Assembly: GCF_036321535.1 (NCBI RefSeq)
Contig: NC_087437.1
Coordinates: 40,240,001-40,304,000, forward strand
Direction of reading: 5' to 3'
DNA length: 64,000 nucleotides
Origin: Camelus dromedarius
Lineage: Eukaryota
The notes beneath the pieces were generated by a model, which was not told the origin of the DNA, did not search any database, and saw only the letters and a program-made list of their open reading frames with translations. Both the position numbers and the translations under genes were made by a program. Shown here in pieces: positions 25,052 to 38,048 of this stretch (the first letter of the stretch is position 1; each line of letters starts with the position of its first letter).

Positions 25052-25497
25052 GGGTATATTAGTTGCCTACAGCTGCCATAACAAAGATACACAAACTGGG
25101 TGGCGTAAAAAACAGAAATTTATCATCTCACAGTTCTGGAGGCTGGAAGGTCAAGGTGAGGGTAGGCTTCGTTCCTTCCGAGAGGGCTGTGAGGAAGAAC
25201 TGGTTCCACACCTCTCCCCTAGTTTGTGGTGGGGTACTGACAATAGTTACTGTACCTTGGCTCATTGAAACATCACTCTGATTTCTGCCTTCATGTTCAC
25301 ATGGTGTTCTCCCTGTGTGCATGTCAGCATCTCAAATTCCCTTTTTATTAGGACACCAGTCTGGATTAGGGCCCATCCTACTGACCTTATTTTAACTTGA
25401 TTACTAGGCCCTATCTCCAGTAAGGTCACATTCTGAGGTACTGAGGGTTAGGACTTCAACACATAAATTTTGGAGGGACATAATTCAACCCATAACA
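25052..25497 (-). mobile_element. MLT1B/C-type MaLR LTR
   Basis: GCTGCCATAACAAAG...CTCACAGTTCTGGAGGCTGGAAG...GGTCACATTCTGAGGTACTG...CAACCCATAACA. Confidence 0.85.
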
Positions 25498-25499
25498 TG

Positions 25500-28097
25500 G
25501 GGTGACCTTTATTTCGCCAGGCTCCCTGGCCTTGAGGACGATTGCACTACCTTGGACGCTGAGTTTTCCAGGGAAGTCAGTGGGCTTCAAGGCCCCAAGA
25601 TCTCCTCCTTTTTCTGTTGGCTCAAAGGCAGACCTCCTGGTCTTGCTCCTGAAGCTTTCTCAACACGTGAAGCTGTGGCTCAGATTGCCTGTTCTGCTTC
25701 TTGGCGGCCTGAGTTTGTGGCTGCTACTTCCCTATCACTGGAATATGATTCTCAGCTCTCTCCTTTCACTGCAGTAATCCTTAAAGCTGTAGAAGAGATT
25801 GTCCCCTGCCAACAAACACGGCTTTTTGGGCCTAACTTCCAGTGGCCTGGACTTACACTGGCTGTTACATTCTTTGAGCCACAAGGTAGTCTGCTCCTTT
25901 GAGGGACTTGGGATGTATTTCCCGGATCTAGAGAAATGTGGGCAGGTATTGGAGTACTTCTCCCATTGCCCTTGAACTCTTCTCCAGGGATCCACTTTCC
26001 TTCTTTCATTCAAGACATGGTACATTCTCTGCTTTTTAGTGTAAACCAGTTCCCCTAAATCAAGGGCAGCCTTCATCATGTCTTTGTTTGAGAGTCTTCA
26101 TCTTGATGCTCTAGGAATTGGTAACTTCCCAAAATTCCCTACCTCATTTTCCAAGACTTTGAGGTCTCATGCACATGGAAGTCCTAGCAACCTGCCAGGA
26201 TACTCAAGATTTCCCATGGCCAGTGTGCACACCAGGTATCCATCTAGCTTTCAATATATGAGAAAAATCTTTGCATAAGCATAATTCCTGCTGTTTGGAA
26301 TCTGCGTCCAGAGCAAGCAAACAAAGGAAAGCCTTACCCTTTTGAATATGTAAAGTAGGCTTCCAGCTAGATTTGCTACATTCTTAATCATAGTGCTTCC
26401 AAAACTAGAACCGGAAAGATGGCAGCTATGGACTTAAGTTCCCTTAGCCAAAGAGTGCCCAGCATCGTTACATAGAGCTTCAAGAGGCTTATGCTCACCC
26501 TGCATTTTCTAAGAGTAGACAGTTATACTCCAGCACCACACAATAGTAATCACTGCATGATGAGACCTCAATTTCAAGAGAAAATGAGTAACCTGGGGAG
26601 ATAGGACCAGGAGCAGAACATAGAAAAGGCTCAGAAATTCCAGTGGCTGAGACCTCGGTGTGGGAGTGAGGAGTGGAAGAGGGTAAGTTCTGCTCCAATC
26701 CACTCAACTCCCACCTAAGGCTGTGTGTGAGGGTGAGAAGCTTGTGAAGCCAGACAGACTTGGGTTCAAATCCCAGTTCTGTCTCTTACCAGCAGTACCA
26801 GTCTAACTGTGTCTTTGCCTCAGCCTCCTCATCTGTAAGATGAAAGTTATAATAGTGCCTGCCTCACAGGTCTGTTGTGATGACTACGTGAGATAGTATG
26901 TAAGAAGTACATGCATAGGGCTTGATCCAGAGGGAGCACTCAGTAAATGTTAGCCATCATCATCTTCATCATCACTGTGAGTACTCAGTCCCAGGTGCCC
27001 TTGTGTCCTAAGCTCTGTTCTGCTGAAAGAACAAAGATCAGTCCTTTGGCCTTAGCTGCTTGTATTTATGGACAGAGAATTCCTCTCTCTAAACTCAAAT
27101 TAGCACCTTGAGGTGGTATTATCTTATGAAAAACATGCTGGCATGTTTCTCCCAAAGGCCAGGGCAGAACTGCCAGATTTCTTTGGCGTTTTATAAGATG
27201 GAGGTGCATTCTCCAATGTTCCATTTCATCGTTACCCTCTCTTCACACCTTCAACAGTTTCAGTGAAATATGGCTAGCTCGTCGAGCTCACCAAATAAAA
27301 CTAAACATCCACAAAATTGGAATTGTGTTCCAAAATGCGTGGCTGGAAGGCCTCGAATCCAGAGGAGCTTCCTCTAATTGAGAACAGAGATATAGGCAAC
27401 CTTTCCCTCCTGAGTGACAAGGGGGACACTCTAGCTGCAGCTGCCCAGGCAGAAAGGCTGTTACCATGGTTTCTTAGGCAGGAGTGGGGGCAGAAATACC
27501 AGTTTGCACTAATAGATGGAAAAGATAAGATCTCACCCTTTTTTCTCATAATGTGTTTTTAGAAGGGCAACAGCAGGTGGATAGAAAGTAGGAAAAACTG
27601 GTGACAAGAAAAACTAATGCATCAACCCCAGGGACAAAAGAGCAAAATCACTGATTTTTTCTATTATACTAAAGAATTCCTAAGTCATCCCAGAAAATCA
27701 CCTGACATTCTGGCAGTTGCTCATATTTGCAACTGACCTTTCCTCTTCTTGACTGACTGGTTTTGGCTCTCTGGCTGGTCCTTGATTGCCCCAGAGCCTC
27801 CTCTGGGCTCTCCCTACGTGGGTGAGCTGGAGGATATTAGCTCTGTGGTTGATTCGCACGGCGACCAGCTGCAACTTGTTTTCCCTCTGAAGCATGTTTC
27901 TTCTTCCAGTCGAGAGCACCTGGCATTATGACCCCAAGGTGTGGCGCACAGCACTTACCTTTGATCGGGATTTGTCCCTGTTATGTCATGGGGGATTTTG
28001 TTTAGTTAAAAGTTGGGGACATTTGATTATTAATTTTTTTGTGAACGTCTGCTGCATTTTTGACTAGACCCGAGAGGGGGACACTTCAGAACAGCAC
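25500..28097 (-). pseudogene. Putative second decayed gene or spliced non-coding transcript (candidate exons 28097-27738, 26592-26499, 26404-~25500)
   Basis: Strong minus-strand splice signals. The 94-bp exon is open, and the 900-bp terminal segment has 6 stops in ~300 codons (5 of them TGA). Inference only. Confidence 0.35.
26720..26965 (+). mobile_element. MIR SINE
   Basis: GCCAGACAGACTTGGGTTCAAATCCCAG...CCTCAGCCTCCTCATCTGTAAGATG...CTCAGTAAATGTTAGC. Confidence 0.8.
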
Positions 28098-28124
28098 CTG
28101 TGCAAAATGGTGATTAATGTCAGT

Positions 28125-28126
<2 letters not shown>

Positions 28127-28164
<38 letters not shown>
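28127..28164. repeat. (GT)19 microsatellite
   Basis: Directly visible. Confidence 0.97.
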
Positions 28165-28166
<2 letters not shown>

Positions 28167-28829
28167 GCGTGTGTGTGTTAGCAGTGGGATTGGGGGTTGG
28201 GGGGCAGCCACCGTGGTGTGCGTTGGCTGAATAACAGGGGCTAGGCTGTTTTTCCCTCAGTATTTCCCAGGCACATTTTCAGGCATTTCATCTTTCATCA
28301 TTTTCCAAACCTGCTCAAAACTGCAAGGTATTTAGAACCTTCCTTTAGGTGATGAATTTTAGAACCTCCTTTCTATTGTAGGAAACATACCTCTGACATG
28401 AGGAGGCAAGGACAGGAGGCACTAAAATTCAGCTTGATTCCCCTGGAGTCTGAAATCCAGTTCTTAGAACTATACCGAGCACCAAAGACGTTATTTCCTT
28501 TTGTTGTTATTACACTTCCAAGATGCTATCCTTATGATCATGTCTAAAATTACATTGTAGGTGACCCGAAGGCAAGCTCTCGTTTTATCTGCCAACATTT
28601 CTATTGTGCTCTAGTCACTATGACTTCAGCATCCACTTCATCAAGCATGTTACTACTTGACTTCATTGTGCTAGTGCTCTCAGATTCAAAAGGACACAGA
28701 CCCTGTCCCAGGGGTGTAAACGCTCTCAAGGAAGGCAGGAAGGCAAGCAAAACCCCACAGCAATGAAACGAGGGTGGTAGCATAGATAAAAACAGTCAGA
28801 GAGATCTCAGGTCAGCATAATCTTGCAAT

Positions 28830-29742
28830 AACTGTCCTCACCCTCATAAGACTTGAAGCCCCCTTCTCAAAACAAACATCTTGGAACACCCCTTAACATC
28901 CTGAAGTGGAATTCCCAGATTATATAGTCTGCTTACACACTTCCAAAAAACCAGTATAATTTCTTGTCATATAAAAGAGAAAAGCAGGGAAACTAACCTA
29001 GAAAAAGTCATATATATTTTAATATGCAAATACTCCAGCACAGCTATACTGTACAACATATGAAAAGTCTGCTGCTTCTACCCATTTATATAAAAATGTT
29101 TTATTTCATTTTATGTATATTTAGTATGATTCTTTATTATATCAATTTAAATTGTATGTGTTGTTTATATTCAATGTAATTTTGAGTTTTTAAAATTTTT
29201 GACCTTTTGAAATCAGAACTAAATGAGTATATTGTACAGATTATTGTGAGTTTTATATAGGTAGATATAGACATGATTAAAAATGCAGATTGATATGATG
29301 TGTTGATTCAGTGACTCAAATAACATGAAGGGAATTAGTATTTATGATGTGATTTTTGGCCTTTTTTGTAATTATGGACAACTCAAAAAACTTTGGAACA
29401 GAAAAACTCAATTTTCCCTCAACTTATATCCTAGCTGAATATCTGGAAATTTCAGTCTATGCCAAAAACCACATAAGAGAAAGCTTTTCATGTTGAGTTC
29501 AGTTCTGTCTTCTGCTAATTATAATTCATCTTAATGAACTCCCAGCAAAACACTTTAAAATTGCGTATGAGGCAATGTAATTATTTGTTGACAGGACAGT
29601 CCACACATTGCAGGAAGTCCCTGATCCCTGGAACCACCCCAAAATCCCATAATATTCTCTAAACAACCTTACAACCCCAAACCCTCCACAGGTTCCAAAA
29701 AGCCCCCGAGGAGGCACCACTGTCCCCGCTGAGAATCCCTGG
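28830..29742 (-). mobile_element. MER20B-like hAT element
   Basis: Termini resemble CAGTGGTTCTCAAC (…GCTGAGAATCCCTG at the right end). Internal text resembles the recalled MER20B consensus. Confidence 0.6.
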
Positions 29743-30580
29743 TCTAAGATCCCTGCTAGCTCTGAAATTCAGTGTTTCTATTTATATACACTCTATCCCC
29801 AAACTTACCCTAATTAATTATGTTTAATGCCTAGTGGGTGCCTTGTCAATGAGATAGGCAAAGCAAAACTTGTATCTTGTTCCTTTACAAAGATGTGTAC
29901 AAATTGATCCCTAATGCCTAGCATAGCTCCTGATGATAGTAGATGCTCAATAAATACTTCTGAGTGTGTGACTGCATAGAGGGAGGATACTCAAGCTGCA
30001 TAAAACGTGAGTCTTTTCCTTACAGCCTAATTGAAGATGTCATACATTTCCAGTACATTCTGATTGGGAAATGAAGAACAACATGTGGCAACAGTAAAAG
30101 ATCAGTACAAATTAGTACTTCATAAAGGGATGCATCTTACGTTAGAAGCTGTAAGTATAATAAAGTAATCAGAGAAATTACTGAGGTACCCAGAGAAGGT
30201 TTTGTAGAGTGAGTGGAATCAGAGCTGGGCCCTGAAGGAGGAGTTGGACTTGGGTGAGAAAAGGGGAAGGACTTCCAGAGAAACTGTGAGGATGCAGGGC
30301 CCAGAGTCAAGAAGGTGCAAGGGCTGGGTGAAGAGTGGGGCCGTGAGGCATCTGGCTCCACTGGAAGCGCCGCAAGGTTCACAGTAATGAGTGTAGAAAC
30401 ATTGTGGTTAAGTGTGCAGGGCCCAGATTTAGGAGGACTTTGAATACCAATTAGCTGAGACTTACGTGAAAGATTTTAAGGAAAGGCCAAAGTTATACAC
30501 TATTTTAGGAACCCAAGCAAAATGCTCACCTTGTTGGAGGGTAGAAGGACTGTGCATGAAGAGAGCAGAAGGGGTCCATA

Positions 30581-31075
30581 CAGTGATGTGCTGGGACCAG
30601 CTTGTGCCACCTCACAGGGTGATCATTAAATTTTTAGGAATTTTGCAAGTTGGTTGTTAAACACAGCCATCATTAAAAATCAAGTTATATACACAGGATT
30701 GAATCAATTATATTAAAAATAAAGGTAACACACACTCAAAACTAATCCCTTGCTAATTATTTTACTACATTTTACTATTTTCTATACTTTTGAGGTTTTT
30801 TTACATGCACTTATCAGAATGGTAGAAGCAATGTATAATGCTGCTGTGTGTCTATTTAGGGACGGTGGTGGCTTGAAATCAGTGGTGGTAAGAGCAGGGA
30901 CACCGTGGAAATCAGCAAATGCCATGTATCAGTGCTTGATGTATTGTTTTCCTGATTGTTGATTTAAGAAGTGATGGAGAAAATGTTAATAATCCAGATG
31001 AAACTTTAAAAGTATGTGATGTCGCTAAGCCGTTACTTAGAGAATAGTGCTAAAAAAGGAGGTAATATTCTTCCA
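30581..31075. mobile_element. MER63-like (hAT-Blackjack) element
   Basis: CAGTGATGTGCTGG...AAATTTTTAGGAATTTTGCAAGTTGGTTGTTAAACACAGCCATCATTAAAAAT. Confidence 0.7.
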
Positions 31076-31089
31076 GAATGTATAATTTT

Positions 31090-31458
31090 TTTCAGTTTTT
31101 TTGAGGTACAGTTGGGAAAATTATAAAGTATTTAAAGTGTACAACATGATGATTTGACATAGGTATATATTGTGAAAGTTAATTACGTATCCACTATCTA
31201 ACATATTTACCTTAAAAAAAATTTAAGTTCTACTCTCTTAGCAAATCTCAATTACACAACACAGTGTAATCAACTACAGTTACCATGTTTTATATTAACT
31301 CCTCAGACTTTATTCATCTTATAGCTGAATGTTTGTACCCTTTTACCAAACTCTCCCTAGTTCCCTACCCTCCAGCCCTTGGCAAAAGTGTTTCTACTCT
31401 CTGCCTCTATGAGTTTGACATTTTTTCCCCAGGTTTTACATATAAATGATATCATGCC
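31090..31458 (-). mobile_element. L1MA9-like 3' end
   Basis: TTGAGGTACAG...TTTAAAGTGTACAACATGATGATTTGA...CTACTCTCTTAGCAAAT. Confidence 0.75.
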
Positions 31459-31459
31459 C

Positions 31460-32420
31460 TACCAGAGAAAATATTTGTAAATCATATATCTGATATGGGA
31501 TAAATGTCCAGAATATCTAAAGAACTCCTACAACTCAACCACAAAAAGCAACCAACCCAATTAAAACTGGGCAATGGACTTGTATGGACATTTTTCCAAA
31601 GAAGATAAACAAATGGCCAATAAGCACATGAAAAAATGCTCAACATCACTAATCATTAGGGAAATGATTAGTCCAAACCATGATAAGTTACCACCTCATA
31701 CACAATAAAATCAATATTATCAAAACAAAAACAAAACAAAACAGAAAAAATAAGTGTTGACAAGAATGTGGGGAAATTGTAACCATTTTATGCACTGCTG
31801 GTGGGAACCTAAAAGTGCAGCTGCCGTAGAAAACAGTATGGAGTTTCCACCAAAAAAAAAAAAAAAAAAGAATTACAATATGTTCCGGAACTTCCACTTT
31901 TGAGTATATACCCAAAAGAATTGAAAGCTGGGTCTTGAAGAGATATTTGCACACACATTTTCATAGCTGCCTAATTGACAAGAGCCAAAAAATAGAAGCA
32001 ACCCAAATGTCCCTCAACGGATGAATGAGTAAACAAGAAGTGGTATACACATACGGGGGAATTTTATTCAGCCTTAAAAAGGAAGGAAATTTTGACGCGT
32101 GCCGCAACATGGATGAACCTTGAGGACATTATGCTAAGTGAAATGGTAAAAAAACAAGTACTGTATGATTCCACTTATGTAAGGTACCCAGAAGAGTCAA
32201 AATCATGGAAACAGGAAGTAGAATAGTGGTTGCCAGGGGCTGGGGGGAGTGGCGAATGGAGAGTTGCTGTTTATTGGGTGTAGAGTTTCAGTTTTGCAAG
32301 ATGAAAAGAGTTCTGGAGATTAGTTGCACAACAATGTGAATAAACTTGCTACTGAACTCTACACTTAAAATGGTTAAGATGGTAGATTTTATGTTATGTG
32401 TGTTATCCTGCAATTCAAGA
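31460..32420 (+). mobile_element. L1MB-type ORF2 end + 3' UTR
   Basis: GAAAATATTTGTAAATCATATATCTGAT...CAAAGAAGATAAACAAATGGCCAATAAGCACATG...CTTAAAATGGTTAAGATGGTAG. Confidence 0.85.
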
Positions 32421-35400
32421 AGACGCTATTTCATGCCAGGTGGCACTCATAAAAGTGATTCATTATTTAGGTTTAGAATATTGACATCTGAGATTGCTTT
32501 GAAACAGTATACTGCTCACGTCAGGAGTCAGAGCACTAAGCTGGAGGAGTCAGGGACCCGAGGCCACTTCTAGTTTCATCAGTGATCCACCGTGTGCCAA
32601 ATGCAGTTATTGCACTTTTTGAGGATTTGATCAAATGCTATCACTGCCTTCTAAAAAAAAAAAGGTAGATGTTTTAGGTATGAATGGGGTAATGTTTATA
32701 AAACTACAGAGGCTCTTTACCAAAAATAAGACTTTAAGGAAAAAAAGTATCATTAGTGTTATGCTAATTCTGTAAGAATTGTTACATTGTTAAAAGGAAT
32801 CTGTCCATTTAACTGGTCTGTGCTGGATAGGTTCTTTGTCACAGCAAGTAATATTTAATTTCCAGAAACCAATCTTTAAAAGCCTGCTTTGTACAACTGT
32901 TGAAGTCTATCATTACAGGGATTTATTTTTGGCACTGGATCCTGGAGCTTTGGCTAATAGCAGCCAACTGAGGTAATTCTAGCTTAATTTTGCAAGTGTT
33001 CTAATGGCAGTAAAAATATATTACCCATGAATCCACGACACTCAGCAAAAGAGCTCAATATTTTATAGAGCATAAGAGCATGGTAACTGTAGTTCTCGTT
33101 TTCCATGGTCATTTTCTGTTGGGAATGCTTTTATTATTTAGAGAAATGCAAATAATTTGGGGGGATCAAATTCCATTACAATTAATACCCACATAACAAA
33201 AATGTGTTCAATTCCAGAAGTGTTTGTGGTATGGCCAAGTAGTCTAGATTCAAATTCCCTGGAGGGGTGTTTATCCTGTGATCTTGGTACCAAAGAAAAT
33301 ATCACCATCAACAAACAAGTGCAATTGTTTTAATGATCCTTTTAAATTAATTTTCCTGTTTGAAGATATACTGTCATTCCTTTCTGTTTCTTAGTCTACT
33401 TTCTTTTCCATACCTTGTCAATTATTTTTCATACTTGTTCTTATGCTGTATCAGTACTCATATAGCAGAAATAAGATCTTTTGCAAAAAAATTAATAGAT
33501 TATAAGCTAGAGGCAAGAACCACGTTTTTAGCATATGATTCTCATGGTGCTTAGCATTTTATGGCCATTAAAAAAATCACTAAGATCAAGTGATATTTTT
33601 TAAAAAGTACTTTGCAGAGCAGGAAATAATTCTTTAGTATTTTTTTATTTTCAGCGTTCATGGCTTTCTAAATCTTAGTAAGATTTATGTAATAAAATAA
33701 TAAGTAGTCTTATTTTTTAATGGGAATATTAAGGAAACTGAGGCTTTTTAAAATTAAGGAAATTAAGGAAGATAATTAAAATTAATATCTAAATAAATGA
33801 AAACTTCTGTTGATTCTTATTTTACCATTTCCAAATTATTGTCCACTTGTACAATATATAAGCAAGAGATGAACCAAAGTCCATTGATTAAATGGAATTG
33901 ACATTATAAAAATAATATACTTTGTAGATGTGAATATATGCAAATTGATGGAAAGTATATTTGTTATTTCCAACTCAGTTATTTCTAGAAGCAAATATTT
34001 TCATTTGTTTAAGATTTATGCCAAATACAGTCTTCTGTTAATTGTTATAAGATAGCATATAGTATTTAATGCTATCATATTTTTAACAAATGAATCACCA
34101 CTTCATTAAGCTAGAGATTCTAATTTTTTACAAATCCAGTAGATTTGAATTTTTCACAATTTCTTTAGATCAGTGATGTTCTGGGCAAAAAAAGGAGAAG
34201 ATACTGATGAAGAAGGAATATTTCCTATTGTTTTCTTTGGAAATCTGTTGTTTACATGGAAAAAGTGTCCTTGGAATAAATCCTATTATATTGCATTTCT
34301 ATACTTATATGCTTATCCTACAGAAAAAGAGCTCTCAACACTATAGGAAAAATAAATTTCAAGTGCATGGTGGATCAGAAGTGTGTCAGTATCAAAACAA
34401 ATGAGGGTAAAAATAGTTCTAAAGCAAACTTTATTTTCGGTGTATCATCTTCACACTCAAGAGAGGTCACTAATAGTAAGTCAGTAAGAACTTTAGTAAT
34501 AAACAAAACTTGAAAGCTGACTTTATATTTTTTAAATAGATGAAGAGGATACAAAGATGTGAAGATATAAAACCAGCAGCCACTTAAGAAGACTCAGAGG
34601 CAGAGTCATGAGGTTCATTACCATAGGAACGGAGCGGGTGAGAACTCCAATCATGGAAAAGGCTGGGGGGCCTGGCTTTCGTCCCACATTTCCTTTTTTC
34701 AGCTACTTAGTTGAGACATTTATCCCTGAAACTGGACTTTGTGGGAAAAGAATGGAAAACTTAATTCCAGATCATCCCCTTTGGTTAGCATCTTAAAAGC
34801 CAGGCCTGGAGGACCTGCTCCCAGTTGTACAACAGGAAAGTCCCAGCAAGTCAGGAAGAAGGTGGCCTATGCTTTGGAGCATGCAGAGTATTCTAGAGAC
34901 CAGGAGAGGAGAACTGTCTTAGATGAGTAGAGGGGAAACTAAGCACAGAAGCACTCTTGCTGCACATCTCGTGGGGTTTCCTGGAAGACTTCCCAGTAAG
35001 GTGCCCTGGAACAACCTAGGACTGCCAAGAGGCCAGGTGGAGAGAGAGCCAAGTTAGCTTTCCTGAGTAACCCAGAGTGGGCTGGAAGGAGGTGCCTGCA
35101 TCCCCTTGGGCAACATAAAAGTAGCAGGGACTCTGTCTGGGAAGCTTGCTAGGGTGGGTCACCAATACCAGGGCAAAAATAAGTCTGTGGTCAAGGGCTT
35201 TAGGGAAGACCACTTAAACCAAGGGGTGAACAGCCAAATCTCAGAGGCTCTGCTGGGTCAGATGCTGAGTCAGCAGTCAGGGCTCTGGGTGAGCAGACCA
35301 TACGATGGTGTTCATGTGGGAAGCCAGCAGAGCCTCCAACCTGAGGTGGCACCAGGGGACCGGAAGGGCAGTATGTGGTCCCTCAGCACTCTCCAAGATC

Positions 35401-37729
35401 CCTTCCCCAACTCCTTCACCACAAGGACACTGCAAGCTGTCCATCCCCCAACTCCCATGCCATCTCAGAGAAGAAAAGAATAAAAAATTAAAAGGAGTCC
35501 GTTTGAACTTGGAAGAGACTAAGCCACCTGAGAAAGACTGTTTCCACATTATTGGAAAGGTTTGAATTTACCAGATTGGATTAAATGTAGTTTTCTCTCC
35601 TTTTATCTTTTGAAGTTGTACTTTTGAGGGAGACCATATCAGCTGCAGGAAAATAAAGAGGCTTTTCTGTGTCCTGAGTGCAGGGGGCAAATTTACAATA
35701 CTCCTGGGTGAGTACCAGAAAATCCCTGGGGCCATGGTGGCCTCTTATCCTCACTTGTTCCTCTCTTCCTGTGGAGCTTCCTCCAGCTATTCCCCAGATA
35801 TCCAGGGCTAGCCCTCCAGTCCCCTCTCCTTTGGCAGTCATCGCCCTCAGCACTGTCATCTTCCTCTCTCACTCGCTGGCAGTCCCCTGACCAGTCCAGA
35901 TGGGCACCAGCTGAGGGGCTGCAGCAGGGACCCACAGACCCCTTGCTATATTAGGAGCTATCTCTTCAGATGCTGTACTGTGGGGCAGGGGTGTCTCAGA
36001 GGAGATTCTAGAGCAACTGGATCAGGGGAGCTCATGGGGGCTCAGGGCAGTGGCTATTTTCCAACCAGAATAGGAGAATTTCACTATTTTAACAATCAGT
36101 GCAGTCGGACTGGTGTGTACTGACTGGATACCAGAAGCGTCTACCTCTTCTCTCCCACTTCCACTCAGAGCCCCAGACTCTTGGAAGCTACTGTTTCTCC
36201 CACTTCCCCCATTCCACCTGTCAGGGGTCCAGGCCTGCCTGCCTTCCTTAACATAGCCTCAGCACCCCTCATAGCAGGAGCCAGTACAGATGAGTAAGAG
36301 GAATACAACTGCAAGTGGGGATCTGGGGAATTTATGCAGGGCTGGGTCAGGAGAAACTGTGTCATTCGTGAACCCCATTGGTACTGTGATCACATTTCCC
36401 AGAAAAAAGAATTATAAATGACAGCTCCACGTTGAGATGAGCACCACTGTTGCACTGTTGGCTGAGTGCTTATGCCTTGGCCGGGAGCCTAATTTCCCTT
36501 TAGGATGTTTCAGGGATGGAGCCCATGTTCCTGTTGAGCAATGTTATAAACAAGCCTTTCAGACACAAGCTCTTCTAATTTGAAGACTACCAGAGTGAAG
36601 AAAATATACATATATTATTTGTTAGCAGAAACTTCAATATACATATAATACAATAAGACAGTTTAGTAAAGAAATCAAGTCAAAAGGAAAATAATGGGAA
36701 AAACAAGATGAAGCCATAGATAATTTCTAGTTTTAAAATGTATGCTTCAAAGCAGGCCATAAATTTGGCCCTGAGCTTCCTAGCAGCCAATCCAAAATAA
36801 AGAGTCATTAGTTACATGATTCCTGAGATTTTGTTTTGGCCTGATTTCTCAGGGAAAGGCCCAATTATTCCTAGTACTATGGGCTGAGAAAAATTTCTTC
36901 CATGAATCCTCAACAGAGGACTCCATGTAATGTAGTTACCTAACACAATGGCTAACACTTAGTGGGAACCATCCAGGTACGTTGTCTATTTTGTTACCGT
37001 CACATCTCAGAAAAACTCTACAAGGCTTTTCTGAGATAAGGAAACTGAAGCTCAGAGATGCTGAATAGCTTGGCCAAGTTATATCGTTTATACATGGGGG
37101 TCAGTCATTTTAAGTCCCTGCTGTTGATCACTGCTTCATGAACAGTCATCCTAGAGTGAGGTCAATACGTCCCATATGGTGTTTTTTCATAATGACCTCA
37201 AAAGCCAATGATAAAAATGTGTCAACAAAGCAGTAAGTTATCTTCACACTAGAAGCCTAAAGCATTACTTGTATCACAACTTTAATTTTTTCATACTGAA
37301 TTATCATTTTGTACTTTCCACTAGTAAAATTATTAGGAATAGAAAAATAGGGATGTTCTTTTTCATCCACAAATGTTTCTGTAGTAAATAGAACACGTCA
37401 CATTTTCAAAATTCCCTGATTTCTCTTTTATATACACAGCTCTCGCAGTGAATGACAGGTTTTTTCACTGTCTATAGGAATTAAAGTGCAGTTGTCAACT
37501 CTAGAAGCTCCCTCCTTAAATAGACTACCGTCTTTTGTTTAATTTTGTAGCTCAATGGAAAATTAACTTTTTCCCCTACTTGCAAAAGGAACTTTTGCAC
37601 TTAAAACCTGTTGAAAAATACGAAATCATTCTATTTCCATCAAAGAAAAGCTTATTACTTATTCTCATAGTATTTTACTTTTGTGTCACATTGAAGAGTG
37701 GCATTAACTGAATGCCCACAAAGCATCTT

Positions 37730-37900
37730 AAAGGCTAAGGAAGGATTAAGGTAAAGGCTAAACGCTGAGACAGGTTTATGTACACTGCCATGCACTTTCC
37801 TGGGGCTTAACGTCTTTCCGCCTATCTGTAGAGGATATAGAGGGCAGCGTTTCTGTCATGAAATAGGACTAATCAACTTAGCTGAGTTCGTATTTAAGGC
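37730..37900 (+). promoter_or_regulatory. SAMD7 proximal promoter with CRX/OTX2-type sites
   Basis: GGATTAA 37743-37749, GGCTTAA 37804-37810, dimer-like CTAATCAACTTAG 37869-37881, TATTTAA 37891-37897. SAMD7 is an established CRX target. Confidence 0.7.
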
Positions 37901-37919
37901 AAGGTGAATTCATTGAGGC

Positions 37920-38048
37920 AGTCTGAAACAGGTGCCGGACGTGCTTTTCAGCCTGCAGTTAGAGAAGCTTCAGCAACTGGAAGACAGAAAGTCTTCGGAT
38001 GTTTCTTCCACGAGCAATGTCAAAAACCACAAAGTCTTCACAGTGGAT
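37920..38048 (+). other. SAMD7: SAMD7 non-coding exon 1 (start approximate)
   Basis: Donor GAT|GTAAGT at 38049. TATA-like TATTTAA at 37891-37897 and homeodomain sites lie just upstream. Confidence 0.7.

Noticed and set aside
1..37000. LRRC31 exons (expected upstream neighbour of SAMD7)
   Set aside because: No leucine-rich-repeat translation or LRRC31-like N-terminus found on either strand. The gene probably lies left of the window.
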